DNA from: Raillietiella orientalis
Taxonomy: Eukaryota
Reading direction: 5' to 3'
Length of the DNA: 64,000 nt
NCBI GenBank assembly: GCA_036172245.1
Contig: JAYWIR010000004.1
Location: forward strand, 6,324,001 to 6,388,000
Shown here: piece after piece, positions 13,465 through 26,230 of the stretch
Numbering within the stretch: the stretch's first letter is position 1
How the letters are laid out: each line of letters begins with the position of its first letter
Translations under genes and position numbers: made by a program
Notes under the pieces: model-generated
The model's input: only the letters and a program-made list of their open reading frames with translations
What the model was told of the DNA's origin: nothing
Databases searched by the model: none

Positions 13465-15070
13465 TCATGACACCTCTATCCAGATTTGATCCAAAGGTAA
13501 ACACTGCAAATTGCTAATCCTTCTTCCAGATTTTAACTGATGAATAACTGAATGAATGAGCAAAGTTTGTCTTGTATGAAACAATAAAAAATTGGAGAAA
13601 ATAAAAATGAGAACTCCTGACATTAACCCGAGTGTTTTTGGTGTTTTTTGATTGAGAAAAAACATTAAGACCTTCTCCACTGAAGCACTGAAAGCTTTCA
13701 TTATAACTGGGGTTTATTTGCTATGTTCTAAGAAGCTTGCTGCATCTTTTTTATGTAATGTAAGTATATTTTAAAACGGCATAGTTTATACTGAGAAACT
13801 GCGCCCACCAATAAAGTCGTATGGCCATAAGAAAACATATCCAGCAGTGTTGCTGATTTATTTGAAGAACATTTAAAGAACAGGAGAACGCAATTGCCGT
13901 GACTATCTGTGCTTACATATCCAGAAACAAATTTCTGGTTTGCCTCCTCCCAGTAAGGATAAATCATTTGATGAATGACTTATGCTTGACGAATGCTGAT
14001 AGGCACAAATGAATCCATCCAGAAAAATTCATTTGCATTTTTATTTCTATATCAGGATAATCCTCACTACCTCCATACCATGTGTGCTTGAGTACTCCTT
14101 CCACAAAAACTGCATATTCATAGTAGCATTGGCATTCGTAAACGCTCAGCTAGCTAGAATACAGTCATTTCATTCCACTGTTAATTATGAGCTGGAAATG
14201 GTCCTCATTAGATTTCTTGTTTCCTATCAGTGCTTTTTTAAGGCTATCATCAACTGCTAACTTTCATTCAACCAGTTTCTCTTACGTTTGTGATTTGATC
14301 CGAACGTTCTGAAGAGAAAAATAAGTTATTCCTATGTACATTCACACGGATTACTGCTTTGTAATGAACGATTTCTATGCCATTTCGCGCTGCTCACTTT
14401 CTGTGAATTCGGCTCACCCTGTAAAAGTGAAAATAACGGAAGAAACATAAGTTTGGATACATGTGTACTGTGCATATTTACATACTTGTAGCTATATTTA
14501 TACATACCTATGCACAGTTGTAAAATATGCATTCCTTCTGAGTCCACTCTGTCATGGCCCTAAAAGAAAATCAAATAAGATGGGCACACCATCGATAGAC
14601 AAATGCAAACCGGGAAGAAATAGACTTTCTCTGTTTTCACAACTCTGGTTTCTTCAGTAATTTTCCTTCTTAAAGAAAATGAAGAGAACAAAAAGAGAAA
14701 CCAATCATTCATCAGATAGCCATTATTTGTATGTCGTACGAAGTTTCAAATCATCTATTCACAATATGTCTTTGGAACCTGATCTCTGCTAGCATTTTTC
14801 TCCAGTCATAGTATAGGTGGCAGGCAATTTCAGTTCGCTTAGCCAGTAATGGTACGATGCTCAACTTTCCAGAAAATTCTTCCTCATCTTTAAGTATCCT
14901 CTATATGTGACCAGATAGATCAGTTCTCCCTGCAAAACTGTGTTCCGTCCATGAACCAAAGTCTCTCAAAAACTGTAACTCGAAAATATGAAATCTGCTG
15001 CTTACTTCCTGGTGACCGCCTTTTTCGAGATGATCAGTTACATGTCCGGAGAAACGGTTCTCTCATCAAT
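13465..15070 (-). mobile_element. Ty1/copia pol remnant (RT plus RNase H)
   Basis: Motifs in order on the minus strand: TVSP (~ETFSP, ~15050); MD..T..QGEL with frameshift (~MDVKTAFLxGxL, 14921-14952); YPDI (~RPDI, ~14050); GYVSTDSHG (~GYVDADxAG); TAGYVFL (13828-13848); GG-AVS; ORF 13465..13701 LG...FHTRQ...SGRRI (~LG...FHxRTKHI...GxI). Confidence 0.6.
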
Positions 15071-15454
15071 GATGTTCATGTCATTGATTATCACAATGTC
15101 ATTTACTGAAACGAAGCACTCTGGATAAACAAGTGCTCATGCAGGAAGCAAGCAAAACTGAATTTTCTTAAAAGATGGATCCACTGCATCTACGGAACCC
15201 AAAGGCCTGTGTAAGTTTCTATTATGACGACATGAAAGACTGTCCGAAATGCGAGGCGGCATTCTCTTATTCCTCATTTAGTTATTCACTGATAAGAAAA
15301 AAAATCACATGTGGTCTTCTTTGGATCTCTCAGCTACTTTTAAAATAAAATCTTTTCGCAGTGACATGGCAGAAGTTGATCTTGAGGACTTCTGAACTAG
15401 GTCTGGAATAACAAAAGAAACAAATTAGCTTTTTAATTTTTTTCTAAATCCTTA

Positions 15455-16404
15455 TTGTCACGAGTTTCAGTGGATTCGTTTTTAACGATCTTCCTTTCCA
15501 TCAATCCTTTCCTCCCAAGAGGAACTTATCCCATACTTCGTATTAGCTCAATTTATAGTTTGTCTTTCTTGAAGTTTCAAGTTATCTTTTCTCTGTCGCC
15601 ATCAGGTGTTATAATACCATCCCTTGCTTCCATTCAAGATAGCGAATACCCCGGGAGGGGTCGGCCCTATGAATCCAAGAAGGACTCGGAGTCCGTTTCT
15701 CTCACGACTGGGGAGGGATCCCCGGAAATGGAGATCACCTCCACCCTGGTTGTCTCCGATGGGGTATCCCGAAGGGAATTTCCTTCCTTATTCTCTCCGG
15801 AGGACCCCGGGGGAGTCCGCTCTATTCTTTCTTCTCTGAAGGAAACCCGGAAAGGATCCGATCCTGGAATTTCTTCTCCAGATCCGCTCCTGTTTTTACT
15901 TCTCTGAAGAGAACCCAGAAGGGACGCTTCCGAAATTCAGAAGGACGCAGCTTCCCCGAAGGGATGAACTCGCTTCTCTGAACTCTCTGGAGAGGTGGTG
16001 GCAACACACCTACTCCATCGGTACGACGCGGAAGGTCCCCCCGGAATGGGGGGTCCGGTCCTTCACAACCGGAGGGAAGCTCCCACTCCTTGATCCCTGG
16101 AAGGACCTCGGAGGTCAGCTCCCATTTGTCCCGGCCCTCATCGGGGGTATCCGGTTTCAACCGCTACCAGTGCCTCACCCGGATGAATGTAGGCCAACAC
16201 GCGTCATCTTGTAGGGTGAATTCGGAATCCACGACGCACTGTGCCGATTCCTTTCAAGTATTCGAACCCACGACGCATGGTGCCACACGCGGAGACCACC
16301 GTAATCACAAGGTCTGCGACGCGGGCTTCCCTTGCTTCCCTTCCCAAAGAGCACCGATGCCTACTATGAAAACAAACCTTCATCTAGTACATGCACCCAC
16401 CCCC
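15455..16404 (-). mobile_element. 5' part of an LTR retrotransposon: short LTR (~16171-16395), PBS-like site, gag-like low-complexity frame
   Basis: The minus strand has a TGC...GCA-bounded ~225-bp segment, then a 1-nt spacer and TGGTAGCGGTTG (16169-16158). A Ser/Pro/Glu/Gly-rich frame follows; its antisense is ORF 15455..15907. Confidence 0.4.
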
Positions 16405-16899
16405 GAGTTGCAATCCTCTTTCCAAGACATCCTTCTGAATCAGTTTCATTATTGTCTTTAATCTGTCACAGGTTATACGAAAGGTGCTTGTGATGCAAAA
16501 TAGGATTCGGTTGATTCGGGAGTAGAGTGAAAGTCACACTGATTCGGGAAGCAGTTATTTAGAAGTTCTTTATAATTTTTTTTTTTTTGGAGAGGAGTGA
16601 AACCAGGTTTCTTTCCGCTTTGGCTCAAGAGATGAAAACCACTGGACGAGTTTTTTTGAAGCCAATATGTACTGCTCACTTTTTTTCAGAGAACTGAAGC
16701 CGTCCTGGGGACTCTAAAATGATACTTGCAGCTAGTCAAACCAAATTGGCCAAAAAACCAAATTTCCTTAAAAAACCATCAGTCATCGATCTATTTGACC
16801 AGACTAGGTGTTGAAGAAAATTTCCTAGAGGGTTATGAAAAAGAAACAAACCATTCGTGACTTAGACGTCAGTATTGGACAAGAAACTGCTCTTTCAGA

Positions 16900-17345
16900 A
16901 GGAAGGATTTCCAAATTCAAATACTTGAACTCGACTAGCAAGCGCTTCAGAGAATTAAAATCATTGAACAAATGCTGGCATGAAACAAATGCGAATAAAT
17001 GTAGGCATGCGGTTTTGATAGGAATTGATGAAAACATGGAAGAGTAAGAGAATATTGGAAAACCGGGAACCCCCAAATTTTTCACAATCCAAAATCGCTG
17101 TCCCAAATGTGCCGTTTACAAACCCTGCAACTCCGCATCTCTGAATCGAAAGTTTCGATTCTCTCCACCACATCTCACCTTTTCATTCAGAAGTCTTCCC
17201 ATGAGGAAGGTGACTTTTGTGCGATTTTCATTGAGATGTTGCCATTGAGTGCGGAGCATGCGCAGGCACTTTCACAACGACTCTGCTACAGCCTTTTAGC
17301 TTCTCTTGAACAAGGAGGAATGTGCTACCCACTCGTCCGATCCTT
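16900..17345 (+). mobile_element. LINE post-RT fragment
   Basis: KFKYL (~FxYLG) in ORF 16835..17047. LPLS... and LASLEQGGMCYP (~LxxPxxxGGLxxP) in ORF 17107..17418. Confidence 0.3.
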
Positions 17346-17783
17346 TATGAGATCTTTTATTGCCTCCATACATAAGGATCTTTACATTACAGTGAATCTT
17401 CCAATCGTCCAATCGTAACGATGTCAGGAGAGACACTCGAAAAATCTTCGTTGAATCAGAACGTATGCCAGAAGAAGCAAAATGGATGCAAGTAGTTTGG
17501 ATTCGAAAGACGACAGTGATTTTGAGTATAACGGGAAGAGTTCTTCCTTTCCCTTTCACACCCATGCATCTCATTAATACCCCTTGATCCTTTTTTTTTC
17601 CTTTAAAAAAGGGAACTTTTCCCGTTTCTGAGAAGCAGTTTTCCTCCACTTTATCGCCCATTTAAGAAGCTGAAATGATTCGACTCGGTACTTCCAGACA
17701 TCCTTTCTCTTATGTAGCACCCGCTTGACACGTTCCAGTCAGTGATTTAGCACAAGGACATGAGTCGTCATCAGAATGCTTTT

Positions 17784-19515
17784 CTACAAAATCCAAATTT
17801 GTGAACAGAGTTTGGTGAATACCGAAAGCGATCTGAAATGTGAAATCCGAACATTTCCAATCACAACTTTCGGACTCAAGTACGGACAGGTTAAGGAATT
17901 CATATTGCAGCTGGTTAGTCTCAAAACAAAGGTGCATCCGCCCGATATTTGGGAAAAGAAACCTCGGACTCTGGTTCTTCCATGTCGCACGGTCTGGACT
18001 CGAATGGGTCTTTCAGAATGCTTCCTGCAACCTTCGGAGGTCCTTACCCTTTTATCTTGAGAATTCTTCACACAATTACATGGTTTTCAGTTACCTCCAA
18101 TTTCTAATCGACAAGATTCGACAGGTTCTATTTCTAGGTAAAGACATTTTTCAGACATACTTCTAGATGGAGACTCGGCAAGGGATTTTGGAGTTCCGCA
18201 TCTCGAGTGAACAGCGAACAAGCTATCCTGCTAGACAAGATTTTGATCTTCCTCCGATTATAATTTTCACTTTCTTCAATGCGCATGCGTGAAGATTGGT
18301 TTCTCTCGGGAAAGTTTGCATCAGTTACAATCAACGTCTAGTATTGCTCAGATCTAAATTGGATGTCTGTTGCAGTCTTTCTTCGGGCATGCCTCTTCGG
18401 TCTGCAAAAGAGGTTAAACCGCCGATGTCCCCGTAATTTCGAATGACGCTCTCTCTTTCGCTATCCCATCAGCCATGTCTTTCTTCTGGATCCCTTTGCC
18501 GACCTTGTTCTTTCTTCTTAATGCTATTACAATGAAGAAGGCGAGGTACATCCAGATCTGGGGCCCTATTTTGGGACGACTCCTTCCCTCTATGCAATCC
18601 GCCTACGTCTTTTATGGAGCACATGGCTTCCAGTTTTTGCTTATGTTCGGCAAATGAGGGGCTGCATTTTGTTTCCACATTACCGATGGTGATGTACAGT
18701 TTACTTTCCGAGGCCTGGGACCAGTGCTTCAGTTTTTCCCCGTACTGAAGCTCTCATGGGGAATTGTTGTCCGGGTCTCATCTCCACAGTACAAATTCTC
18801 TTACCAAGGTTCCCGATACCCGTTTTGCTACTTTTGAGCTCCTTTGTTTAACTCTTCGCTTATTTATTCTACGTATGGCCATCTACTCAATTTGTTACTT
18901 ATTCGGGTCCATTGATGTCCTTGGTCTTTCCACAACTCTCTTTTCTGTTTACAGAATCTTTCCTGGATCTCTTTCATTCTGCTGCAGAATATCATCTGAT
19001 GTTTGCATCCTCCTGGTCTCCGTTCTCCTTTATATCCCCTATCTTTATCCTTTCATCTGAATCCATTCTGAGTTTCAATCAAAGAATCTGTACTCAATTC
19101 AGGAGAACTTCCACTGGCTTTTCTTTCCACAACGTCCCGTTCCTTGGGATGATTTTCAATTTGTAGCTCCATATCAAATTTTGCTTCAGTACCCAGACCT
19201 TCCGTTCTTCTCGGAAGGAGTAAGTCTTTCGTAGTGAGTAAAATATTATCTTATTGCATTCTCTTTTTGCTGCAAAATGCCATTTTTCCATCCTCCGACT
19301 TAACGTAACAGATCTTTGATTTGGGGTTTCCATCTATTCCTAGAGTGCCTTCATTTCATTTCTCAATTCCTTCTGATTTTTCCAACTTCATATGGACTGA
19401 AATCCATTATAAAAAGTACGACACAGATTTTCAAGAGCAGGAGTATTAGAAGTAGTAGGACATTCGCTTTCAAATCTCCTTCACCTCTCCTTTGTTTCTT
19501 GAAGAACGAATCATG
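17784..19515 (-). mobile_element. Ty3/gypsy remnant (gag, RNase H, integrase)
   Basis: gag: QETKER*RRFESECP...LCRTFYNG (Retrotrans_gag-like, ~19403-19500). RNase H: IVTDAN...RKIKILSSR (ORF 18134..18334). Integrase: VRTSEGCR (~VxTCxxCQ) and CPYLSPKVVIGN...HF...FTKLCSQIWI (rve-like, ORF 17784..18071). RNase H before integrase is the gypsy order. Confidence 0.6.
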
Positions 19516-19759
19516 AAGGTGCCCTCATAGTAGAATGCATGCGGTTTATTCGTTTCAACGACAAGAAACAGGCAAACTGAAGATTTTTCTTTTAGAAAAA
19601 TTTATTGAGCCAGGAAAATATATTTCAAACAAGCATTTTCTTCTCCTATGAGAAAAAAAGCTATAAAAGTCTATAAGTAACTATAAAAGTCTAAATGCGT
19701 TCCAAAAATGATGACACTCCCTAATTTTTTTTTTCTTCAGTTGTATTGTTTTCTGCATG

Positions 19760-20390
19760 ACGGTGAAACTGTACAAGCGTAGGGAATCCAGCAGATCTTC
19801 GTATCAAGAACTCCAGACGGAGGTTCACATCTTCTCTTGTTCCTTCAAGACAGCCATTGGAATGACTTGGATGCTTCGAACTGTAATATCTACAAGAGTA
19901 ATATCTACTATCTATCTATCTAGCACCCTTCCAGGATTTTTTCTCGAAAATAAAACATGTCTCTGTCCTTTAGAATTTCAGAGGAATCCTTAAGACTCCT
20001 TAGAATCCCCCTCCATGTGAGCTGATTCTTCACAACCGATAGTTTTTTCTTGATGGAAATATGCTTCTCTGTAACTATCACCTTTCTATAGGTTTATTCT
20101 TCTGATGAATGGATGTCCGACCGAAATCGACTAAAGCCTCGAAATCTGGATCTCTATGTGATGCACATTCACAACAGTCCTCTTCAAAATTAGTAAACTC
20201 TTGTTAGTAGAAATGACAGCCTCGAGTCAGAGATTCGTAGAGATGAGGAGGCACTATGGGATTGATCCTAGCTCGTGAGACTTCTTTTCATATTCATCTG
20301 TAATCATGTTGATGAGGCTATTCTTGTTCAAGCTCCACATCAAATAAATGAATAGCAGGTCTCCTTCGGGATCATCTGGGATCACCAATG
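19760..20390 (-). mobile_element. Ty1/copia 3' end: RNase H remnant, PPT and start of the 3' LTR
   Basis: GDP..DD..RR (~GDxDDRRS, with frameshifts), MWSLNKN (~SWxSKKQ), TDEY, HELG, PPHLY, KRTVVNVHHIEI, SDI. The PPT GGAGGGGGA is at 20014-20006, followed by AT-rich LTR-like sequence with (TAGA)n. Confidence 0.5.
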
Positions 20391-21009
20391 TATTCTAAAC
20401 TGTAGGAGGATGGCAGCGAACAAGACATTAAAGGATTGGAAGATTGAACGAATGCTGAGGAAGACGTTGCGAAAATGCGTTCCGATTAACGCCCAAGCAA
20501 GAGTATGCACTTCGTGCCCGAAAACAGTGTCGGCAACTCCTGAGATTGGACATTTTTGAAAGAAAAAAAAAAGCGTCTCTAACTTCTTCAACAAGAATAC
20601 GTATGGCTTCCACCTATGATTGTCTTTATTTATGAGGTCCATACAATTTTCTCAACAGTTTCGTTCATAAGAACGAACTGGCTTAGAGATTGATTTCATC
20701 ATTCAGATGACAATATTTGTGATTGCAATCTACTTTTCTGGTTTCCAATTCTATGTTTAATTTCCATAGAAAAGAAAACTCGAGGAAAATGTTGCCCTTG
20801 TGCAGTTCAAGGACTTTAGAACAATGAAAGCGTCTCTGGAGCAAACTCAAAACATCCATCTTTTTTTTTTTTTTTTTCAGGGGTGAATAGGTAAGAAGAC
20901 GGTAAGAAACAAGCATGACTGGAAAATTCAATGAGGATGAAAAACAATCATTCGGTGATCAAAAGAGATTCTTACGTACTTGATAAAAGGAAAGTCTCAA
21001 ATAGTTGGG

Positions 21010-21290
21010 TTATTCGTCAGGAGGCACACTCAGAAGAGATCACTTGAGGAAGCAACTGGATTCCTTTGACAGGAAAGCCTAGTGTCTGCCTACTCGTTAT
21101 AAAGTAGAGCACAGAAGAGGCTTCCTATGAGTTGCAAGATCATCCCTTTCGTTGAGACTTTATAGAAGAATCTGGTGTTCCGCTGGAGAACACATTACAA
21201 GAGTAAATAATCAACCAACAGCTTTCCAAGTGAACCGGGATAACCGTTTCAGAGTAGCATTAAAAAGATATGCTGTTCTCCATCCAGTCC
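21010..21290 (+). mobile_element. Possible LINE RT fragment
   Basis: LFVRR, LDSFDRKA*, RVNNQPTAFQVNR and LHPVL occur in RT order; all matches are weak. Confidence 0.3.
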
Positions 21291-22759
21291 TGAATGCTCG
21301 CAATGAGAACTTTCTGGATCAACGACGTCAAAGGAAAATATCGAAGCTACTCAGTGAAGTTTCTGAAGAAAAGCGAAGATACTCCCAAGAAGGGATATTG
21401 AAATGTAATAAGTAGAACTTGTGAAACATCGTGAACACTTTGAAACAAAGCAAGGCAAATCTGCAGATTCGAATCTCCATAAGTACATTCATTGTCTATG
21501 ATACGGAATTCCTAGAACTCGAGGGGTCTGTATCTTGAAATGCATGCAAAACGTCATGTGTTGGATCGTTCAAACGTGAAAGATGTTTTCTTGTTTTCTT
21601 TTTCGGAAGCAATGACCTTTCACATTTAGTTGATGAGTGAACAAATCTTTGCAAGAATTCTTTGAACAAAACTTTGTGTTTGACGGCTCCAAACCAATGA
21701 AATAAATTCAGAGTTTTTGGCATGCAAATAAGCACAGTTTGTCTGTGTGTATTCGTGATCGTAGGCTCTCCTTCTTAGGGCTTTGTAAGTGTAATTTATC
21801 CAAACACTACATATATTGCACTCACCAATTTAGTCTCAACCCTTTTAGTACTAAAGCATAGAGAATCCTTTATCTTTATGGAGCATTTTCTGCTCTAGAT
21901 TTGTTCATTTCAAAACACAGGTATTCCACGATAGGAAAAACTAACCAGCATTAGCTTCTGTCATCAGTTCATTACCATCTCTCTTGAATTCAGTCAATTA
22001 TGTAATATGTTTCTTTTACTTTGGAAAGCTTGACCGAAACAGAATTATCAACGCATATAAAGAATGCTAAATTCAACAGTTCTAGAAGTTTTACCGTTGC
22101 ACCTTTTTGTGAAAACTGAGCTGAAGTGGGAACAGGATCTAGAGGCACCTCACTAAAGAAACGTGCTGAAGAGAGGTTTAAGTGCTAGAGACGGAGGAAT
22201 GTGTGGCGAAGTTGTGACCGATGTGTTGGCTGTTTTTTTCTCCTTAAAAACGCATGCACGCTGGAAAGTCTTAATCTCCATTTTCGATAATTATACTGCG
22301 CGGAACAGCAAAAGGATTTATGAAACATTTGCTGCTGTTTCCGGGAACGCTTTCACAATCGCATTCTTTCTTTTCGGGTGGCATGAATAAACCTTTACTG
22401 TTCTTCATGTTCTTTGCTTAAAAAGTGGGTCAAACACTGGCTTTCCAAAGGTTCATGCGAAAATCTTCATGCGAACGCTTCAAATCCTTGATATCTGATT
22501 TCACACACAAAAGAGGAGAGCAGACATAGTGTTGCATTGCTTCTTATCGTTGATGTGTACGTGCCTGCTAGGGTGATTGACGGAATAAAGTGGAAATAAT
22601 TTCGACCCCATTTCAAAAGTCATCTGCGACTACCCGCAAAGTCAGAAAAAGGCCAAAAAAAAAAGAAAGGCATAAACAAAAACAAATGGAAGGTCCGAAA
22701 AAAGTCTGAACTGGAAAACCGAAGCAGATAACAATTCTTCCGAGGGGGATCAAGCAACT

Positions 22760-23120
22760 CTGCTTGCAGACGAGTCGCTGTTCTGGATGCCAGAGTTCGA
22801 TCCTCAGCTGCAAAGAACAGGGTTTATAAAAAATCTGCGTTCGCAAACTTGGCAGGAGCATGAGAACAGGTGAAGTGGATTTTGACCTTGAAATGAAGCA
22901 CGATACTTGTGCTGGAATTTTTTGGCAGGGTGGATCATCGTAAAATCATGACGCATAGCTGTGCGCATAGTCAGGAGCAAAGGTACGTCTGTCTGAAGGT
23001 CCCAGCACGCGTTGCAAAAGCCTCCATCTTACTCTCTTGGGGCTCCACCTCTGCACTGGGAATGTCAATTTTGGGTGTTCGTTCCAAGGAACGGAATGGA
23101 TCTCATTAGTCCATTTCCCT
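22760..23120 (+). mobile_element. LINE RT core remnant
   Basis: LLADESLFWMPEFDPQLQRTGFIK from 22760 (~LAxRL..MP.LI..QTGFI). DLEMKHD (22884) plus WNFL (22913) (~DLEKAYD.V.W.FL). AKASILL. GVR-QG at 23074-23090 (2-nt insertion). LISPF. Confidence 0.65.
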
Positions 23121-24629
23121 CCACCTTTTAGCCTCCACGTGTTCATGGACCAAAGCTAGGAAAGCGTTTCGAACAGTGGACGTGAGCCGTAAGGAATCGA
23201 TTAACGTTTGGGAAAAAGAAATTTTCGTTTACCACAATTGCCACAAAATCATAGTTGAGGCTTTTTAAGGAAATTCTCTAGAGAGTCGCTTGAGAGAGTA
23301 GTTAAAATCCGGCATTTTCGAAGTTGACCACTTCCGGAATTGCAAAAATATTTTGTGCTGCAGAATTCTGTATTTTCAATGTTCTGCATACCTTTCGAAA
23401 TTTCGTATTGCTCTGAACTTTGTTCCGATTTTTTCGAAAAAAATCCTCTGCTATGGAGATCAGGACCTCTTCCCGAATCGCGATATGTGGATGCGGATTC
23501 TATCCTACATGTGTTTCCGGTAATTTTTTCCACATGTTTGTTCCTTTTCATGTTTTATTTCAGTTTGTTGGTTTCAAAGTGGCTGCTTCAAATTCTTGCG
23601 GGCTTTACAGCCAAACATCCTGTCTCCCTCTCTCGAAAAAAAAAGGGGGGAAAAGAGAGAAATGTTTCAGGAAACAGCAATTCGGTTTTTGTAGCAGGAT
23701 CACATCACGATGGACAACTTGGATTCTGAGGGAAATTATGGAGAAAGTACAACTCGCTTTGAGATAAGAGAATCCTGAAATCAAACACAGTTTTGAATTT
23801 ATCGCTTTTCTAACAAGGTAGTAAGAGATGCAGACATCTTTCATGATCTCTGGATGGGTAAAACTGCTGAATCGGTTCTGATGCTTCTCAGCTGAATGGA
23901 AATTTGGTAGAAAGGGAAAAAGGCAACTGAAGCCATGGCACACTTACATATGAGTTGGATTTCAAGGCCCTTACCACGGTAAGCAAGATATTTTGAATTT
24001 CTCTCGTGAGTTTTTGCGTTCCACATTCCTTCCACGAACTCTATCTTTCTGTGGCAAGCTCGGTATCAAGATCAGATCCCAGAGTTTTTTCTTTGTCTTT
24101 TTGAATTCTTTAGGACTGAGGATTATCTATCTGCTCTCCGCACAAAGCCATAATCAAATAGATAGGAAGGAAATCCATCCATCAGCACTTCGCCTCCGCG
24201 AAAGCAAAGCAGAGTATTCAAAGAAAAGTTCCTACTGAGTGATCTTGGATTCTGTTTTTCAATCCAGAATTATACAAAAAAAAAACATACATACACCTCT
24301 GAGCTTCTTGCAGCGATCCCCATGGAAACCATTGCCATGCCATGGAGAGGAGCTGAGAAATTGCCAGAAGTGCCGTCTTCCGAAAAATTCTTAGGGGAGT
24401 AGATAATTGTAAAATCATGACCAAATGCTGAACACATAACCAGAAGCAAAAGCACGTCTAAAAACTTGTGGAATGCAAGGCAAGGCCATCTAGTGAGAAA
24501 ATCGTTGCTTTCCTACCTGTTTTTAACGGGAAATAAAGGATCGAGGCTTCTTCCGCTTTCCATAATTTACAACAGATGTGGCAAGGAGCAAGGAAAATCC
24601 TGAGAAGAATTCGTGTCATCAAAAAATAC

Positions 24630-25220
24630 TCAATGCAGAGGGATTAGATGGCGACCATCCTGGAAGATTTGCAATTCAGAAACTTAAACTCAGCTCCATT
24701 GATCTCTATTCCTCGACGCTGGTCTCTACAGGGAGAACTAATGGATCTTTTGCTTCGTAAACCTGGAAAACTATTAAATTCGTGCTTGCAGAGAGACCAT
24801 CATTAATTCATGCAGATTCCACCTCTGCATCCCAAGTTTCCAAAGATCACAGTGATGATCATGGTAAATGAGAATGAGAGCTTCGAAGATGTTTCTAATG
24901 ATGATAGGTTGGTGACTATGTGATTGTCTTTCCCGACTAAATAAAGAAAATGCAGGCTATGTAATGGATGGATTTGAACATTTCTTCTTCCTAACGGCTT
25001 GAGGATTCGTCAAGCGGTAGTCGGGCTGCAACTTGAGTACGAGAAGTGACAGGAACCCTCCTGAAACCAAATGGTAAGGAATGATACGAGATTCGACTAA
25101 GTTCCAAGTGACTTCAAGTTTAAAATCTATAGGCATTTAGCTGCAAGCCTGCTTGCAAACCCAGGTCTCTTCCTGCCTTCAAAAATGCTGCTGCAACTTT
25201 TCCGACACTTGGCATTGACT
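24630..25220 (+). mobile_element. LINE RT core remnant
   Basis: GLDGDHPGRF (24641), KFVLAERPSLIHAD (~KxLAxRL..P.LIH.DQ, ~24780), FE..DDR, NGLRIRQA (~25005), LGI near 25210. Confidence 0.55.
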
Positions 25221-26230
25221 CCTAAGAAAGATTCCGACGAGCTTCCCAAGCATAGATCCTTTCGTTAATCGTTCTAAATCATCCAAAGAGTTTACTCCAA
25301 TAGGAACAGTCATGTGAACAAAAGCAGAATTAGGGAATGTTGATTTCCAAGCGTCTGATCCCTTCTTAGTTACTTTCCTTTTTCTACCATTTGATTCTTA
25401 GTAGCAAATGTGTGCATTTATTTTTCCTCAGCACCAAACCTGTTTCACCTAAAATTCCGATTTTGTAACAGTAGATGAAACATTTAGGTTCCATGAAACG
25501 TAAGATGAAAGTTGAGAGTAAGCATTCTCTGACTTGTAGGGTGACTGAAATCAAAGGAAATGCGCAACGTTTCTCTCTTGCATGGTTTCTTCATTCCAAA
25601 AGTATTTTACATGCCAGCACCTCATTGCAAAAAGCATGTGGGTATTCTTGCAGGATGCACTGAAGTGCTCTCGAAACATCTGATTTCGTGCGTGCCATCA
25701 AATTTTCGACATGTCGGCACTCCACGCTTTGCTCCGTTTCCAAAGAAAAAAAAAATGTTTTCTTTAAATCCTCAGGCATTCGTAAAGAAAAGCAATGTTC
25801 TCCAAAGCCGAGAATGTATTGAAGAAATGCACGAGAACCCCAAAGAATCGGTGTCCCTTGTAACATGAGAGATAAGTCAACGGTTCCTACACAGATTCCC
25901 TCTGACATCCACAACTAGTCACTCGATCGTGAATGCTAGTCAAGAGCACATCTAATGTGGACCATGAGTCCTGGTTCTGCCAACAAAAAGCATGGATGAA
26001 GCTCTTATTCTAGAGAAAGAATTCATCTCTGTAGCCACTTGAAGAATGGAAAAGTGCAAGGATGCTTGTTCTGAGTGTCCGATACTCTAGGCTGAGAAGA
26101 TTTGGGGTCAAATGAGTGCGATTTTCCCATTTACTGCAGTTGACCATTCTGACGTTCCAAGTTTGCTTTTATGGTAGACAAGCTTTCCTTTATTGGCTCA
26201 GTGCATCGGAAGGTGCACATATTCTTTCTT

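Noticed and set aside
24270..24455. Minus-strand TIIYSPK...GNF as an RT motif
   Set aside because: The adjacent plus strand gives a longer colinear RT chain; this match is likely coincidental.
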